Source: Octopus vulgaris
Taxonomy: Eukaryota
Direction of reading: 5' to 3'
Assembly: GCA_951406725.2 (NCBI GenBank)
Contig: OX597825.1
Coordinates: 77,252,001 to 77,316,000, forward strand
Length of the DNA: 64,000 bases
Shown: positions 42,400 through 56,982 of the stretch, piece by piece
How positions within the stretch are numbered: position 1 is the first letter of the stretch
How the letters are laid out: each line of letters starts with the position of its first letter
The notes under the pieces: generated by a model
Told to the model about the DNA's origin: nothing
Database searches by the model: none
Seen by the model: only the letters and a program-made list of their open reading frames with translations
Program-made: the position numbers and the translations under genes

Positions 42400-42828
42400 T
42401 TTGTAATATTTCCGTTTTGAATATGTTTTAAGTGAATCAGGTATTTTCAAGATGGCAGTGCTTTTCTTAGGATCTAATTATTTTGAATTTCTATTTTCGT
42501 TCTCGTTCTGTTTATATATATATATAGTTTGTGGAGAAACTATATTAGCCACGTAGAAACATACCAGATGTTCAGTGGGCAGAGATGAAACGTGAGAAGT
42601 TTGTGTGAGATATTATTATAAGCGTGTTCATTATTTGACTGTCTGTTGAGGATGTTAGGCATACTTCAGCAGCGAAAATCAGTGTTGTGTTGGGAACTGT
42701 GTAGCTGGCTGTCTAGTAAAGAAGTACAGAAGATCTATTTGTGCACACACAGCTAAACGTATGCACCTTACCCTCTGGTATATATATGCACATATATACA
42801 TGCACACACATATATATATATGTGTGTA

Positions 42829-42860
<32 letters not shown>

Positions 42861-42872
42861 CATATATATGTA

Positions 42873-42956
<84 letters not shown>

Positions 42957-43133
42957 ATACATATGCGCACACACATTACAGATTTATTGTTGACGTCAGA
43001 AGTATTTAGAAAGTTCGAGAACGTAATCTGGTTTGTTTTCAAAACGATGCATCTCGAAGCTGATAAAGCTACAAATAATTGCTTGCAAGTATTCAGTTAA
43101 AAACTATGTGAACAGAAAAAGCCGAAGTCTACT

Positions 43134-43171
<38 letters not shown>

Positions 43172-43385
43172 GAGGCGCAATGGCCTAGTGGTTAGGGCAG
43201 CGGACTCGCGGTCGCAGGATCGCGGTTTCGATTCTCAGACCGGGCGTTGTGTGTGTTTATTGAGCGAAAACACCTAAAAAGCTCTACGAGGCTCCGGCAG
43301 GGGGTGGTGATCCCTGCTGTACTCTTTCACCACAATGGCGGTGCCCCAGCATGGCCACAGCTCAAGAGCTGAAACTGGAAAAACA
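43172..43385 (+). mobile_element. tRNA-headed SINE family D
   Basis: ggcgcaatggcctagtggttagggcagcggactcgcggtcgcaggatcgcggtttcgattctc head; body shared with 48095-48387 (-). Confidence 0.8.
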
Positions 43386-43392
43386 AAAACAA

Positions 43393-43428
<36 letters not shown>

Positions 43429-43506
43429 CATGTAAGTATGTAATTGTAAATACGTTTGTTCATAGGCGCGTGTGTGGTGTGGTGTGTGTGTGTTTGTGTG
43501 GGCGTG

Positions 43507-43529
<23 letters not shown>

Positions 43530-43543
<14 letters not shown>

Positions 43544-43908
43544 CGGCAGTTTGTCTGTCTGTGTGTCTGTGTGTCTGTCAGGTTGTACCCTCCCCCTGAC
43601 CATGGCTTTCAACCGATTCTGATGAAACTTGACACACACATAGCCCAATGTCATAATTAAAAACTAACGCAGCGAAAATTTTGAAAAGTTCCACCAGTTC
43701 TGAAAAAATCGATAAATTCGACATGGGGTCGAGAATCAGAAACACAAACCACAGACTGTCTAGGGGACGCAACTCGACCTTTTTAACTCTCAAAAAAATT
43801 TACCATAATTATTTTTCCATTCTTTTCTATTTTTTGGCTATAACTTTCTAAAAATGCTTTATAGTTATTTCCCTTACAAACCCGAGCAACGCCGGGCGAT
43901 ATTGCTAG
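43530..43908 (+). mobile_element. Non-autonomous Helitron, second subfamily (same 3' ~120 bp, different 5' part)
   Basis: Ends cccttacaaacccgagcaacgccgggcgatattgCTAG|t; the 5' end is obscured by (TA)n. Confidence 0.8.
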
Positions 43909-43929
43909 TATATATATATATGTATGTAG

Positions 43930-43962
<33 letters not shown>

Positions 43963-44554
43963 AGAATTTATATATATATTTATTTATTTATATATACATA
44001 TATATATATTAGTCGATGGGCCAAATCCAAAAAGCGCCTTATTTAATGAGTTGGTTGCATCCCCTCCCCTGTAACTTTAGTTTGATGGTATCATATTGTT
44101 CCTGGGTCTATGGGGATGACATTTTCCCTTGTTGTCATTCGCACAACCTGTCAGGTAATTAGGACATCAGCTTTTTATAAATAAAGATGAGTTTCGAGGC
44201 TATAAAAAGTGGAAATATGGGATACACAGGTAACCATTGGAAATATTTGTCTATTAACACCCTAGATGTCACTGAAATGAAGGAAATATACCTCTTTACC
44301 ATACCCATGGTGAAGTTTTCATTTTCCATTGCCCAAAATTGGAAAATCTCCCCGCCGAGTTTGACTTTACCTTTCATTTTTTCGGGGTCTAGAAATTAAG
44401 TACCATTTGAACACTGGGGTCGATGTAATCGACACATCCGCTCTCCCAAAATGGCTGCCCTTGTGGCAAATTTCGAAACCATTATAATTGAACATAAAAC
44501 CAACATTAACAATGTATGTGTGCGTGTTCGTGTGTGTGTGTGTGTGTGTGTGTC

Positions 44555-44616
<62 letters not shown>

Positions 44617-45056
44617 GTATCTTTAATAATGCTAATATTAAATGCACGAACAACTTCTGCTTCACTTCTTTCTAATTCGTCAATCGATCAGCTATTTAAG
44701 CCGATGACTAATCGATTGTTTGATTAATCGGTTGGTAAATCAATCAATCAGTCTGTTGTGTTTGTCAAAGGCTTTCCATCGCCATTCGAAACCTCTTCTA
44801 CGACAAGACTTCTCTACTTCAGACCAGCTTCAGGTCGGTTGCAGCACTCGAGTGCACGTTAAGAATCTTGCAAACCAAATACAAATGCAATATTTGTGTA
44901 CACACACACACACGCGCACACACACACATATACATATATGTGTGTAGAGAGAGGAGGAGAGGGGGAGAGAGAAAAGAGAGAGTGGGAGATATTTGCGTTA
45001 CTTCCCTGTATGTATATGTATGAATATGTGTGCATGCATTCATGCATGTTTGTACA

Positions 45057-45111
<55 letters not shown>

Positions 45112-46074
45112 ATATGCACACTCACACATACGCACATTCAAGTGCCCATGCACATACACATACATAATTAACTAGGTTTGAGGATAGACGTCTTCGCACA
45201 GATGTGTAAATCGGTCGCTGAGCCGAGCAGATGCTAATAGTTTTGTGTAAATATTAGTGAAAAACAAAACTCCGAATTAATGAGAATCTTGCCTCTAAAT
45301 CATTCAGATTTTCACCTTAGAATAATACCTGTAATTACCGGGGATCTTGGATATATAAATTGTGCGTCGTAGCATATTAAATGTCTTTTTGGTTCATATA
45401 TTATTTAATAAGTCTTTTGTTTGCCGTTATAAGGTAAGGGGTGATATGGGAGAGAATTGGTAGTTATTTCTAGCAATATGAAAGCCATGTAGAGGCTTTT
45501 ACTTTTCCTAGTTGTTGTGGATGGTGTTGTTATTGTTGCTGTTAGCTCTAATCGAACATAAAATTGATCAATGGCGTTTTAGTCTTGACCATCTAATTAC
45601 ATTCTATACCCGGTATTACAGAGTCCAACGAAGGCGCGACAGTAATGGGTGACCGGAAGTAGACTTTTTTCTCAGCTTTATCAAGTAAGTCGAGGGAGAA
45701 AGTCGAAGCTTCGTCTATGCATTTCAAGACTAAGATCCTAATACAAAGATCCTAAGACGAAAGTAGTAAAGTGACCTGTTTTCTATTTCGCATCTAGTCT
45801 TTGACTGGGAGATGCGAGGGTGCTCGATAACACCCTTACAACCAGGTATGTTCGATGTCTCCAGGCGGAGATTAATTCAGTTCCCACTGCGTCACGCAGG
45901 CGATGCGTACAATCTAAGGGACAAAGCGTTCGTGACCCTAAGATACTTCTTAATCATACGAAAGAGTCACCTACATTGCGATGGATTCAGGAGTGACTGT
46001 AGCACCACTGAAGCTCGTGCAGTTTTTGCTTGGGGCAAAGCCTTTCTGATGCTTATTGCACTACATACATGTAT

Positions 46075-46150
<76 letters not shown>

Positions 46151-46549
46151 GTGCGTGCGTGTGTGCGAGTTTACATGTGTGCAACTGCCAAATCTCCATA
46201 TAAAATTTCTGCTCCAAAGAAACCATGTCACAGTGCAAATCATTCTCAAAGGTATGTCTATTATAAATAGACTTTTATTTGAAGAGGGCGAGATGGCAGA
46301 ATTCTTGGCAGACGAGCGAAAAATGCGCAGCTCCATTGTATTCGGCTTTATGGTGTGAGTTCAAATTCTGCCGAAGCCAGTTTTGCCTTCCATCATTTCG
46401 CGGTCGATAAAATAAGTGCCAGCCGAGCATTGGGGCCGACGTAATCGATTAGTTCCCTTCTCCCCAACATTTAAGTCCTTGTGGCTGTAGTAGAAAGAAA
46501 TATCAGTGTTTGTGTTTACTTTCTCGACTCTGAACAAGAATTTCAGTCT

Positions 46550-46806
46550 TCACCTTCTCTCTATCCGCTCAGTCGAAGTCGACTCTCTGTCACTCGTTGG
46601 ATCAGTGTCCTCCAGTCAGTTCTATCCTGGGCCGCTTCCTTCAAAATGGCTATGTCCATTCCGGTATCCCTCTTGATGGTGTCAAGCCAGCGGGTTCTTA
46701 GTCGGCCTCTTCTTCTCTTGCCACTGACCATTCCGAGCATGATGTCCTTCTCCAGGGATTTTCTCCGCATAATATGACCGAAATATGCCAATCTATCACC
46801 TTGGAT
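46550..46806 (-). mobile_element. RTE (BovB-like) LINE 3' fragment
   Basis: RLAYFGHIMRRKSLEKDIMLGMVSGKRRRGRLRTRWLDTIKRDTGMDIAILKEAAQDRTDWRTLIQRVTESRLRLSG*, a typical RTE/BovB C-terminus. Confidence 0.92.
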
Positions 46807-47427
46807 TACATTTATTTTCACGTGTGTTACTGAGAGAAGATAAAATTGTGGACACCAGCGCTAACCCACAACCGCATCATTGGCTACAAACAGCAACAAC
46901 ATCCACAAAATTAACAAATATGAAGATTGGTCTCAACTGCAACAGTAAGAACTGAAACCTCAGGCACTTATGGTGTCTGAGCATTAAATATTTAAGAGTA
47001 TATAAAGGCGGTAGTAGCATTAGCACGCCGGACAAAATGCTTAGAGGCAATTCGTCCGTCTTTAGGTTCTGAGTTCAAATGCCACCGTGGTTTCATCTGC
47101 CTTTCATCGTTTCAGGATCGATAAAATAAGTACCAGTTGACCACTGGGGTCGATTTACCCCTCCCACGAAATGCTGGTCTTGTGTCTAAATTTGAAATCA
47201 GTGTTTATAAGTATGTATGTATGTATGTATGTATGTATGTATGTATGTATGTATGTGTACACGTGAGAGAGAGAGAGAAAGAGAGAGTATATGTGAGCAT
47301 ATATATATATGGAGGTATATATATATATATTTGTGTGCGTATGTGTGTATTATAATTGTCTATACTTTCCATTAAAAGCAAATTTTGGGGAAGCAGAAAA
47401 GTACATACTTACAGACCTATACACGCC

Positions 47428-47470
<43 letters not shown>

Positions 47471-48094
47471 ATACATGGATTAATGCAAAATAAAAATACG
47501 TCCAGCCGACTAGGCAACCGTGCAAATAAACAAACAACCCCTTTCCCCGCAACCATTTTAATCTGCCATTATAAACCCACTGTCAACAGAAATATATTTC
47601 TAGTTGACATTGGCTAAATCAAATTTATCGATTTATTTGAATAATAATGGAGAGCAGCAGCAATATTTCATAACAAAACAACTTTACGGATCTGCATTCT
47701 TATATAGTTAAATGTTTATATGAGCGTTAAGACGAGGCATGAACACCACGACACGAATTCGGAAAGAAAATCTCTGAATCATCAGTTGTTACCATCAATC
47801 TCAGTAGGGATTCTCTCTTTGCTCTCTTTTACTCTTTTACTTGTTTCGGTCATTTGACTGTGGCCATGCTGGAGCACCGCCTTTAGTCGAGCAAATCGAC
47901 CCCAGAACTTATTCTTTTGTAAGCCTAGTACTTATTCTATCGGTCTCTTTTGCCGAACCGCTAAGTTATGGGGACGTAAACACACCATCATCGGCTGTCA
48001 AGCGATGTTGGGGGGACAAACACAAACACAAAAACATACACACACGCATACATACACACACACACACACATATACACATATATATATATATATC

Positions 48095-48387
48095 ACGTGA
48101 TAACGTGACCGACCAGGCTATCAGACGTTGCTAAACACCGCTGGTCACAATGCGCTTAGCATTGCTTTAGTCTTCAAATTACGCCACCCCGCTGGCCAAG
48201 CGAGCAGGCCAACAGAAGAAAGAGAGAGAGAAAGTTGTGGCGAAAGAGTACAGCAGTGATCGCCACCTCCCCATACCGGAGCCTCGTGGAGCTTTAGGTG
48301 TTTTTGCTCAATAAACACTCACAACGCCCGGTCTAGGAATTGAAACCGCGATCCTACGACCGCGTGTCCACTGGGCCATTGCGCCTC
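48095..48387 (-). mobile_element. SINE family D nested in the internal microsatellite of a SINE B copy (~47825-48560)
   Basis: Homologous to 43172-43333; the two SINE B halves flank it. Confidence 0.8.
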
Positions 48388-50381
48388 CACACACACATAT
48401 ATATACACATATACGACGGGCTTCTTTCAGTTTCCGTCTACCAAATCCACTCACAAGGCTTTGGTCGGCCCGAGGATATAGTAGAAAACACTTGCCCAAG
48501 GTGCCACGCTGTGGGACTGAACCCGGAACCATGTGGTTGGTAGACAAGCTACTTGCCACATAACCACACACTCACGTCTATATACACACACTCACGTCCA
48601 TATACACACACTCACGTCTATATACACAGACACACACACACAAGGAGCTTCTGTCTACCGTATTCACACACCTTTTAATATTAAAAACAGAATTAGAGCC
48701 CTATCCAGTCTTTAATGTGTATCCTCCCAGGTCAAAATCCAGCTCATTTATTTGGTTTTCTCTCTAATTACGATGCATTTAGAGTGCATCTTTTCATATC
48801 TGTCTCCATTTTACGCCTCATTAAGCATCATCAAAACATAAAAAGCGCAAAGTCTTGTCACGAGTTCCACCATTTTCTTCAGTAGTTCCAATCCAACAAT
48901 CTTTGCGCTCCATTCTCCTACATTCTTTCATTTGCATTTAAATTTCCTTACTTACCTCTCATCCCCCTTCTTCCCAATTTCCTTCTTCCCTCCCTCCGTC
49001 TCCCTCACTCTGTCTACCGCATTCTCTCTGTTTGCCCCCCCACCCCCGCCCCACCATTAATTCTCCTTCATTTTCTTATCTCTTATTGTCTTCCAATCGT
49101 GTCGTTTGCTACGGTGATTCTTTCAATCTTTATTAGAATTCTTATCAATGTTTCGAGTTTTTACCTGACAGCTTTGACATAATCCCATCGGACACCTGTC
49201 TGATTAGAATACCAGGCATTCATTCAGTTTCACATAATAGAACAAACGTTATACACACTACACACTTTTATACACAAAATGATGCTTATACATACATATA
49301 CATACATACATACATACATACATATTCTTTTTTCATTTATTTTTTATTTGTTTCAGTCATTTGACTGCGGCCATGCTGGAGTACCGCCTTTTAGTCGAAC
49401 AAATCGACCTCAGGACTTATTCTTTATATGTTTGGTACTTATTCTATCGGTATCTTTACCACAACCGCTAAGTTACGGGGATATAAACACACCAACATCG
49501 GTCGTCGAGCGACGATGAGTTGAGAAAACATGGACACAAAGACACACACATGAATATATACATATATATGCACACACAAATATATATACATATACGACGG
49601 GTTTGTTTCAGTCTTCATCTATCAAATCCACTAACAAGGCCTTGGTCGGCCAGAGGCTATAGTAGAAGAGAATTGCCAAGGCTCCACGCTGTGGGACTGA
49701 ACCCAGAACCATGTGATAATAAAGGTATAAATAATAGCGCGTGAATGTTTGTTTAGAGGCCTTTTGTACTGAAAAATGCTATGGCTGCCTTGGAACACGA
49801 ACCCACATCTCCTGTAAGACGACAGGCGTTCGAGCATTGAACCAAAACACGCCTTTGAATTTCTATCACAGTTTTCAAAGGTTTATTCTTGACACCGGGA
49901 ATTGTATGACGTTGACATCTTAAGAATTTAAGACCATCAAGAATATGAGGTAACTAGAACTGACATGTAACTGAACTCGGAACCATGTGGTTACGGGGCA
50001 AGTTTCATACTTCACTGCCACGCCTTGGCGGTAATCGTCTGGTGTTGGCGATGTAAAAAATGAAATGTTTTTTACGCACCACAAAAACGTATGGGTAAAT
50101 AGCGAAGTGTTGTGGGTTCTAATGAAATATCCACCTTTAAGAGGGTGATAATTTTTTCTTTTTGGATTTGATGAGGCTTCTGTTACATATATGGGCGTGG
50201 TGGGGGAGGGCGTGTTTCTGTGGGTGTGTAAATATATGTTTATATATGTGTGTATATATATATATATATACATACATGTACATACGTATATATGTGTATG
50301 TATGAATGCATGCTCCGAAACATACGCATACATGTTTTATTTTGCGAGTGCACGTGTGTTTGTGTGCGTATTTGTTTGTGT

Positions 50382-50418
<37 letters not shown>

Positions 50419-50652
50419 AAATTATTTCTAAATAAGAATCACTAAACTACTACACTCTGTTCTTCACCACTACTTGACAACCGGTATTAGTTTGTTTATA
50501 TATATAAAGGCTTTGGTCAACCCGAGGCTATAGTAGAAGACACTTGCCCAAGGTGCCACGCAGTGGGAGTGAACCCTGAAGCATGTGGTTCGTAAGCAAG
50601 CTACTTAGTACACAGCCTCTCCTACGCCTATGCATATATATATATATATGTA

Positions 50653-50683
<31 letters not shown>

Positions 50684-51653
50684 GCGTGCATGTGCGCATG
50701 TGTGTGTGTTATATAATAGCAGAAGCGTACTTAGCGTACAAGGGCACACATACCTACTTATATACACCCAATGACATACACATTCAAAAGCATGCACACA
50801 CATACACACATCAGACAATATTTAATGCGTCCACCATCTTGTTTAACTTTCTTAGGTCATGTTGTGTCAGATGTAGTTTGCTGATTAGCAAATCCGACTA
50901 ACCAGATTATCGATCACAGATTATAACAAATATGCTAATCTAGACTAATTAACCTACCACCTTCTTTCTACCCGATCTAGTTTCGAACATTGTGCACTCG
51001 CTCGTTCGTCTGACAACCAGATTACAGCAGTGTATATCACCGTATTTGATGACATAGAAATTGCGAGCTGTGAAGGAAGTTGCAGTTGAAGGAATTTGAA
51101 CCATTGATGTTTAGGCCTGGGCATTTATTACTAGTATTGCGCTGGAAGTGAAAACACAACAATGCAGTAACCTGTACAGTGAGTTTGCTCCAGCATGGTG
51201 GTCTTTAACTCTCATCGTTTCGGGGCCAATGAGATTAGTACCAGTTCAGCACTGGTATCAATGTAATCGAGTAATCCACCTCCACAAATGTCAGGCCTTG
51301 TGTTTGTTGAAGAAAGAATTATAAAATGCAAAAATTTGTCCATCCCAGGAGAGCGATGGTACTCACTGTTCTGAATTGCTGTGTCACTTTTGAAGTTTTG
51401 TGTAGTTCTAGTTGACCCGTTCCTTATTACTAAGAGACCCTTCTTTCAGCCAGGTACAAAACTGTTCAATTTCAGCAGCGCAAAAGCAGGAAAGTAAGTA
51501 TTTAGTGCATTAAAGCGATTAAAGCTTCCGGGAGTCACAACCTATTGATATATAGATCACAGAATGATTTTTCTGAAATATTCTTTTTATTTATTTACGG
51601 AGATGTACTTGCATAGCAAGTGACCTGATCTGAGATCTTGTGCTGGAACGAAA

Positions 51654-51893
51654 ACAATTGTAGCGTGGAAGGTGTTTGTAAGCAATTTAAGAAACACACA
51701 AAAAACGTTAGATTCATTTCAACAAAACTTCGTGCTGACAAAATTCGTGCAGCACGAAGTTTTGTCAGTGAACAGGTCGCTGTCTCAAAGCGACGGAAAC
51801 ATTTTGACAAATTAAATTTAAATGTTGAAGTGAATCTAATGGTTTTTGTGTGTTTCTTAAATGGCTTGTAAACACCTTCCACGCTGCAATTGT
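51654..51893. mobile_element. Foldback / MITE-like element with ~70-bp inverted arms and internal hairpins
   Basis: acaattgtagcgtggaaggtgttt…agattcatttcaaca (51654-51724) pairs with tgttgaagtgaatct…aaacaccttccacgctgcaattgt (51823-51893). Confidence 0.8.
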
Positions 51894-52930
51894 CTTTTTA
51901 TTTAAAAAAATCTAAAAAGTGTCCGTCTTATATACTTTCAAATATGGTACATTATGTTTCATTACAGTACTAGGAGGATGAGGATCGCGCCAGACAGAAT
52001 GTTAAGAGGCATTTCTTCTGTGTTTACGTTCTGAGTTCAATAGCCACCGAGGTTGACTTTGCCTTTCATCCCTTCTGGGTTGGTAAACCAGGGCCTAGTT
52101 TAATCGACTTCATCCTCTCCTTAGAATTACTGTTCTTGTTACAAATTTAGAAAGAACTATATTACATTAGCGGGCGGACGGCCCGCTGACAGAATATTTA
52201 GTACGTCGGGTAAAAAGTTTAGCGACATTTCTTCCGGTATTGAGGTTGCGATTTCAAATCCTAACAAGGCCAAGTTTGCTTTCAGCCCTTCGAGGTAACC
52301 AACTTGAAGTACTCGTGGAGTGCTGGGGTTGATGTAATCGACTTGCTTATTCGCCTCAAATTTGTGCTCTTTAAACCTGCAGGGGACAGGTATCCCGTTC
52401 AAAGGGAATGTTTTCTTTACGTCAGTTATACACCTTGTTTCCAAGGCGTATAAGCAAGGGATTCTGGGACGCCTGTGTTTCGACATGGCGTGTGACGTCA
52501 ACAAGCAGTACCCGGACTTCCGGTCGACGAGATAACGAAAATATAAATTGAATTTCGAACCAGAAATGTTAAGCCGAATGGTACCCGTATTAAGGTACAC
52601 TAAAGGTCACGTGACCGTGATAGTATCAAACAGGATGATGGATTAAATGTTTTATCTACTATTCGGTATCGTGCAAAAAATAAATGATGTAGGAAAATAT
52701 TAAATTATCGATATAATATATTGACCTTTAACGATAAAATATTCTGACGTTTGTCTAATAGAATACACGTTGGTGGATATAAAGTGAATAAAATACTCAC
52801 AGTTGCTCTCTCGGCATCAGCACGTGATATTAAGCGTAGGTTCCAAGGTCATGTTTAACATGTATGTGTGTGTACATGTGGGTGTATGTACATGTATATC
52901 TATCTATCTATCTATCGATACATATTTATG

Positions 52931-52976
<46 letters not shown>

Positions 52977-53204
52977 TGTATGTATGTATATCTATATATA
53001 TCTATATAGTTGTATTTCGGAATGGGGCGGGGGCAAATAAACACATACACTATATATTCACTCTTCACTCGTTTATTACTGGTCTTATTCTACTCATGTC
53101 CATTGTCCACAAATCTTTCGTCACACATGTGTGAACCCTTCATCGACACTTACCGTCCTCGTGTGTGTTCTTGCACCGCTTAGTCCATTCTGTCCTTCTA
53201 TCAT

Positions 53205-53741
53205 CAGTACCAGACACTGGCTCTCGTGTCTTCTGATCATAACTGATTGAACATGTTATCATGTATATTGCTTTGTCTTGGCATAAAAGCTGAGATAGAA
53301 CAAATATTCTGCTCACTACCACAGATTTGTTTGACCTTAACCAGTTGAGCATGTCCCTTAGTGGCTGACGATATGTGTATCTCTGGTCACGAGCAGAAGT
53401 AGTGGGGGACATCATAGCCATGTGTTGAGAGGTATTCTTTGGGGTTTGAATAATTCACCTCTGGAAACATGGGTATTTCGTTCAACATCCTTAAACAACT
53501 CTTATTCAGAGACCTTTTCAGTGGGATGGGTTACTCGACCCGAAGAAAATTCTAACTGGGCCCCACCTGCAAGGACATGTGCTGTTTATCTTGATATGAG
53601 ATCACCATGTCGCGCACATATGGTTGTGATGCATGTGCCTAGTGTACTCTTATCAGACGGGTAATCATGATGGGTATACTGGGTTTCGTATATTTTACGC
53701 TAGTGTATCTTTGATGGCATGCCCTACTCTCTCTCTCTCTC
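53205..53741 (+). mobile_element. Family E repeat copy ending in (TAA)n
   Basis: Homologous to 37050-37532; 3' end ctctctc|aataatgatgataataataat. Confidence 0.85.
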
Positions 53742-53754
53742 AATAATGATGATG

Positions 53755-53818
<64 letters not shown>

Positions 53819-54366
53819 AAATGAAGACAATAATAATTATTATGATTATAATAATAATAGTCTACCAAAACAGGAGAACATTACCACAATAGTCAGCCCC
53901 ATCTTCATACCATCAACGCTGGTACCAACTGCAGCAAACACATAATGTCCATAGAGCATCTATTGTAAATTATAATGTGACCACGTCATATTGGCTGCCG
54001 GATCTAATTGCAAATTTGCGGTTGAATAAATTGTGTTTGACGTTCGGCATAATAGACAAGATTCTGAGAGGGGGGAGACAAAAGATGAGGGATGGCGAAT
54101 GAGAGAAGAGTTATGAGCTGGCTGAGGGATGGAGATCGATGCATGGAGTACTTGCATATATGTGTGGGGTTTGTATGAAGGCGCGTGGCCTAGTGGTGGT
54201 ACGTTGTGTTACTGAGCAAAACACTTCAGTTCATATTGTTCCATTCCCCACTTTCGGTCAGAAGGGAATGGGAATGACGTCATTCGCTGCTAAACAATGC
54301 AAAAGCGCATTGTGACCAGCAGTCTGTAAGAGCACCTGATAGTCTGGTCGGTCACGTGATCACATG

Positions 54367-54404
<38 letters not shown>

Positions 54405-55623
54405 TCTTATATTCTTTTATGGGTTCACTCATTTGACAGTGGCCATGCTGGAGCACCAGCTTTAGTAGAACAAATCGACCCCAGGACTTATTCTTTGTAA
54501 GCCTAGTACTTATTCTATTGGTCTCTTTTGCCGAACTGCTAATTACGGGGACATAAACACACCAACATCGGTTGTCAAGCGTTGGTGGGGGGACAACACA
54601 CACACATACATATATATAAATACGGCGGGCTTCTTTCAGTTTCCATCTACTAAATCCACTAACAAGAATTTAGTCGACCCGAGGCTATAGAAAGAGACAT
54701 TTGCCCAATGTACCACGCAGTGTGTCTGAACCTGAAACCTTGTCGTTGGGATATAAGCTTCTTTATTCATAATATTGGCCATAAAGGCTTTACATAGAAG
54801 GGAAGCTGTGGGCTGGACATAAGCATAATGTATTTTGAAATAGCAAATGAAAATGATGATAAATGAGGGCAACAAACAACGCCCGCCGATTGCTGCTTAC
54901 CCGAGGACATTGCTCTTTTATATTTCATTTACGAGGCAACAAACCTCTTACATTTTTTTATAATTCAATAACAAAAATGAGGCACTAAGCCCCTTACCAT
55001 TATTTTGAACATTCATGCCCGACCAGGTTCCTCGCCTCATTCAAGCACCTAGACGATACCAAGTCGGGCCACTTTAACATAAATCTAAAAGTGCCCTCGG
55101 GGAAGGAGTTCATCACCCTGCACAGATCGGTCTCCCATATGACCTCCGCAGCCACCTGCGAAGGCCAGTCAGGGTCCTCAGTGCAAGATAGAATCCTTTC
55201 CCTCCAGCTTTTCTTTTTAAAATTCTTAACGAAGCTTTCCAGCGCCCCTCCCTTATGGAAGATGATCACAAATTCCTCATCCTTAGCATGGGAAGGGCCT
55301 ACAGTTTCTACCTTCGGTGGCACAACTCCCACCGAAGGTGCTTCAGGACACGCCAGCAGTGTGTCACAAATCGCCGGCAATGTTCTGTTTTTCTTTTTCT
55401 TCTTTTTTTTCCTTGAGCCACGGGAGAGTGGAGTTCCTCCGTGTTTTCCGGAAGATGTTCCTTCTCTCCTGTAGCCTTCGGATGCAAGCTTCTTTACCAC
55501 TCAGCAACGCCTGTGCGCCTATATTTGTAAAAGAAAAGAAAAAAAGAAGAGAATAGTTTATATTAAATGAAATTAAATCTTCCTTCGTCTGCTAACTGAT
55601 ATATTTTTGTTTGTTTGTTTCAG

Positions 55624-55668
55624 GATGAGAAGAATCAAATTATGACTACAAATGTCTGGCTTAGACAG
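55624..55668 (+). CDS. nAChR subunit coding exon 2 (45 nt, DEKNQIMTTNVWLRQ)
   Basis: Polypyrimidine tract and cag acceptor (tttgtttgtttcag|GATGAGAAGAAT), branch-point-like ctaac at 55592-55596, donor CAG|gtgaga. Continues exon 1 in frame (…IDV|DEKNQIMTTNVWLRQ), the conserved 45-nt nAChR exon. Too short to appear in the ORF track. Confidence 0.95.
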
Positions 55669-56147
55669 GTGAGAATCTTCTTTGTTTATTGTCATTTTTT
55701 AATGTTTTGTTTCCAAATTTTTTTTTACCCCACCAGTGCATCAGTATGTCAAAGTTCAAAGTTCATAAGTTCATGACCTGAAACACACTAAGAATAACCC
55801 GCAAGGAGATAACAAATCTGCTCGGCGTTCATTTAATTGTAAACATGTCCAAAGCTCCATGAAATATTTACGTATATTATCCTCGGCTTTTGCATTCCAG
55901 CCATGACCAACCATCCTGTTTTTAAAATTTAATGTCTCAAAAACTACACTATTCAATGTAGACATAATTCCTTTTAAACAGAAGTGTAATATTTGAGGGA
56001 GATCTTGGTTGCTATTTCTTGCAGTTCGAATGAACATACTGAGGGAATGAAATTGATAAGAAATAATTTTCTACGATGGGGATGCTGCAGCCGGATAAAC
56101 GGTCGGTGGGTTTGGTTATTTTCATTGAGTTAGATTAAACTCAAGAG

Positions 56148-56199
<52 letters not shown>

Positions 56200-56773
56200 G
56201 GGTGATTGCGTTAGGGACTAAGTATGGATGCGGTTCTAATGGGGAGTTAAGAAGGAAGGGAGCGGACATGGCGATTGTTGGTGTGTATCTGAGTACTCGG
56301 ACGGGTATAAAGATGTGCGTGGATATGCACTTTTTATTACCTTCTATCTGATGCAGTTTTAGACTACCTTCCCTTAAGTTTCCAAACGAATTAAGCGAGT
56401 GATGTGTAGTGCCTCTTGTTAATGTTTTAAAACAATATAGAGTGGTTTCGATGTCGACTTCTGACGCATTCGGCTGTCGCACAATTATATACAAATGCGT
56501 CTGCCAGAGTTCTAACTATATATTTGTATATTACGTTCTTACGAATGCCTTCATCAGTAAACTGGTGAAAACAAAACACTGCTTTGAGTATGCCTTCTCA
56601 CAATGACTGAAATCACAATAAGAGCTTACCATATAACTTCTATAAGCATTCTTACCATATAAGCATTCTATAACTTGGGTGAATGATAGCTATTGCACTC
56701 TTACCATTTTACTACGAGCGTAAAAATATGCAGAAACAAAGATTTTGAAATACATAGAGAAAGGTAGATAAAC

Positions 56774-56817
<44 letters not shown>

Positions 56818-56943
56818 TGATTGATTGATTGATTGAGAGGCAGATATACAATTGTACAAATGTAGAGAGGAGGAGGGAGAGAAAAAATGAGAAATAGGGA
56901 GAAAGAAGGACAGATGGATCGACATATACGTATATATAAATGC

Positions 56944-56982
<39 letters not shown>

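Noticed and set aside
43172-43245. tRNA gene
   Set aside because: The tRNA-like head runs into a repeated SINE body, the cloverleaf is imperfect, and several degenerate paralogues exist.
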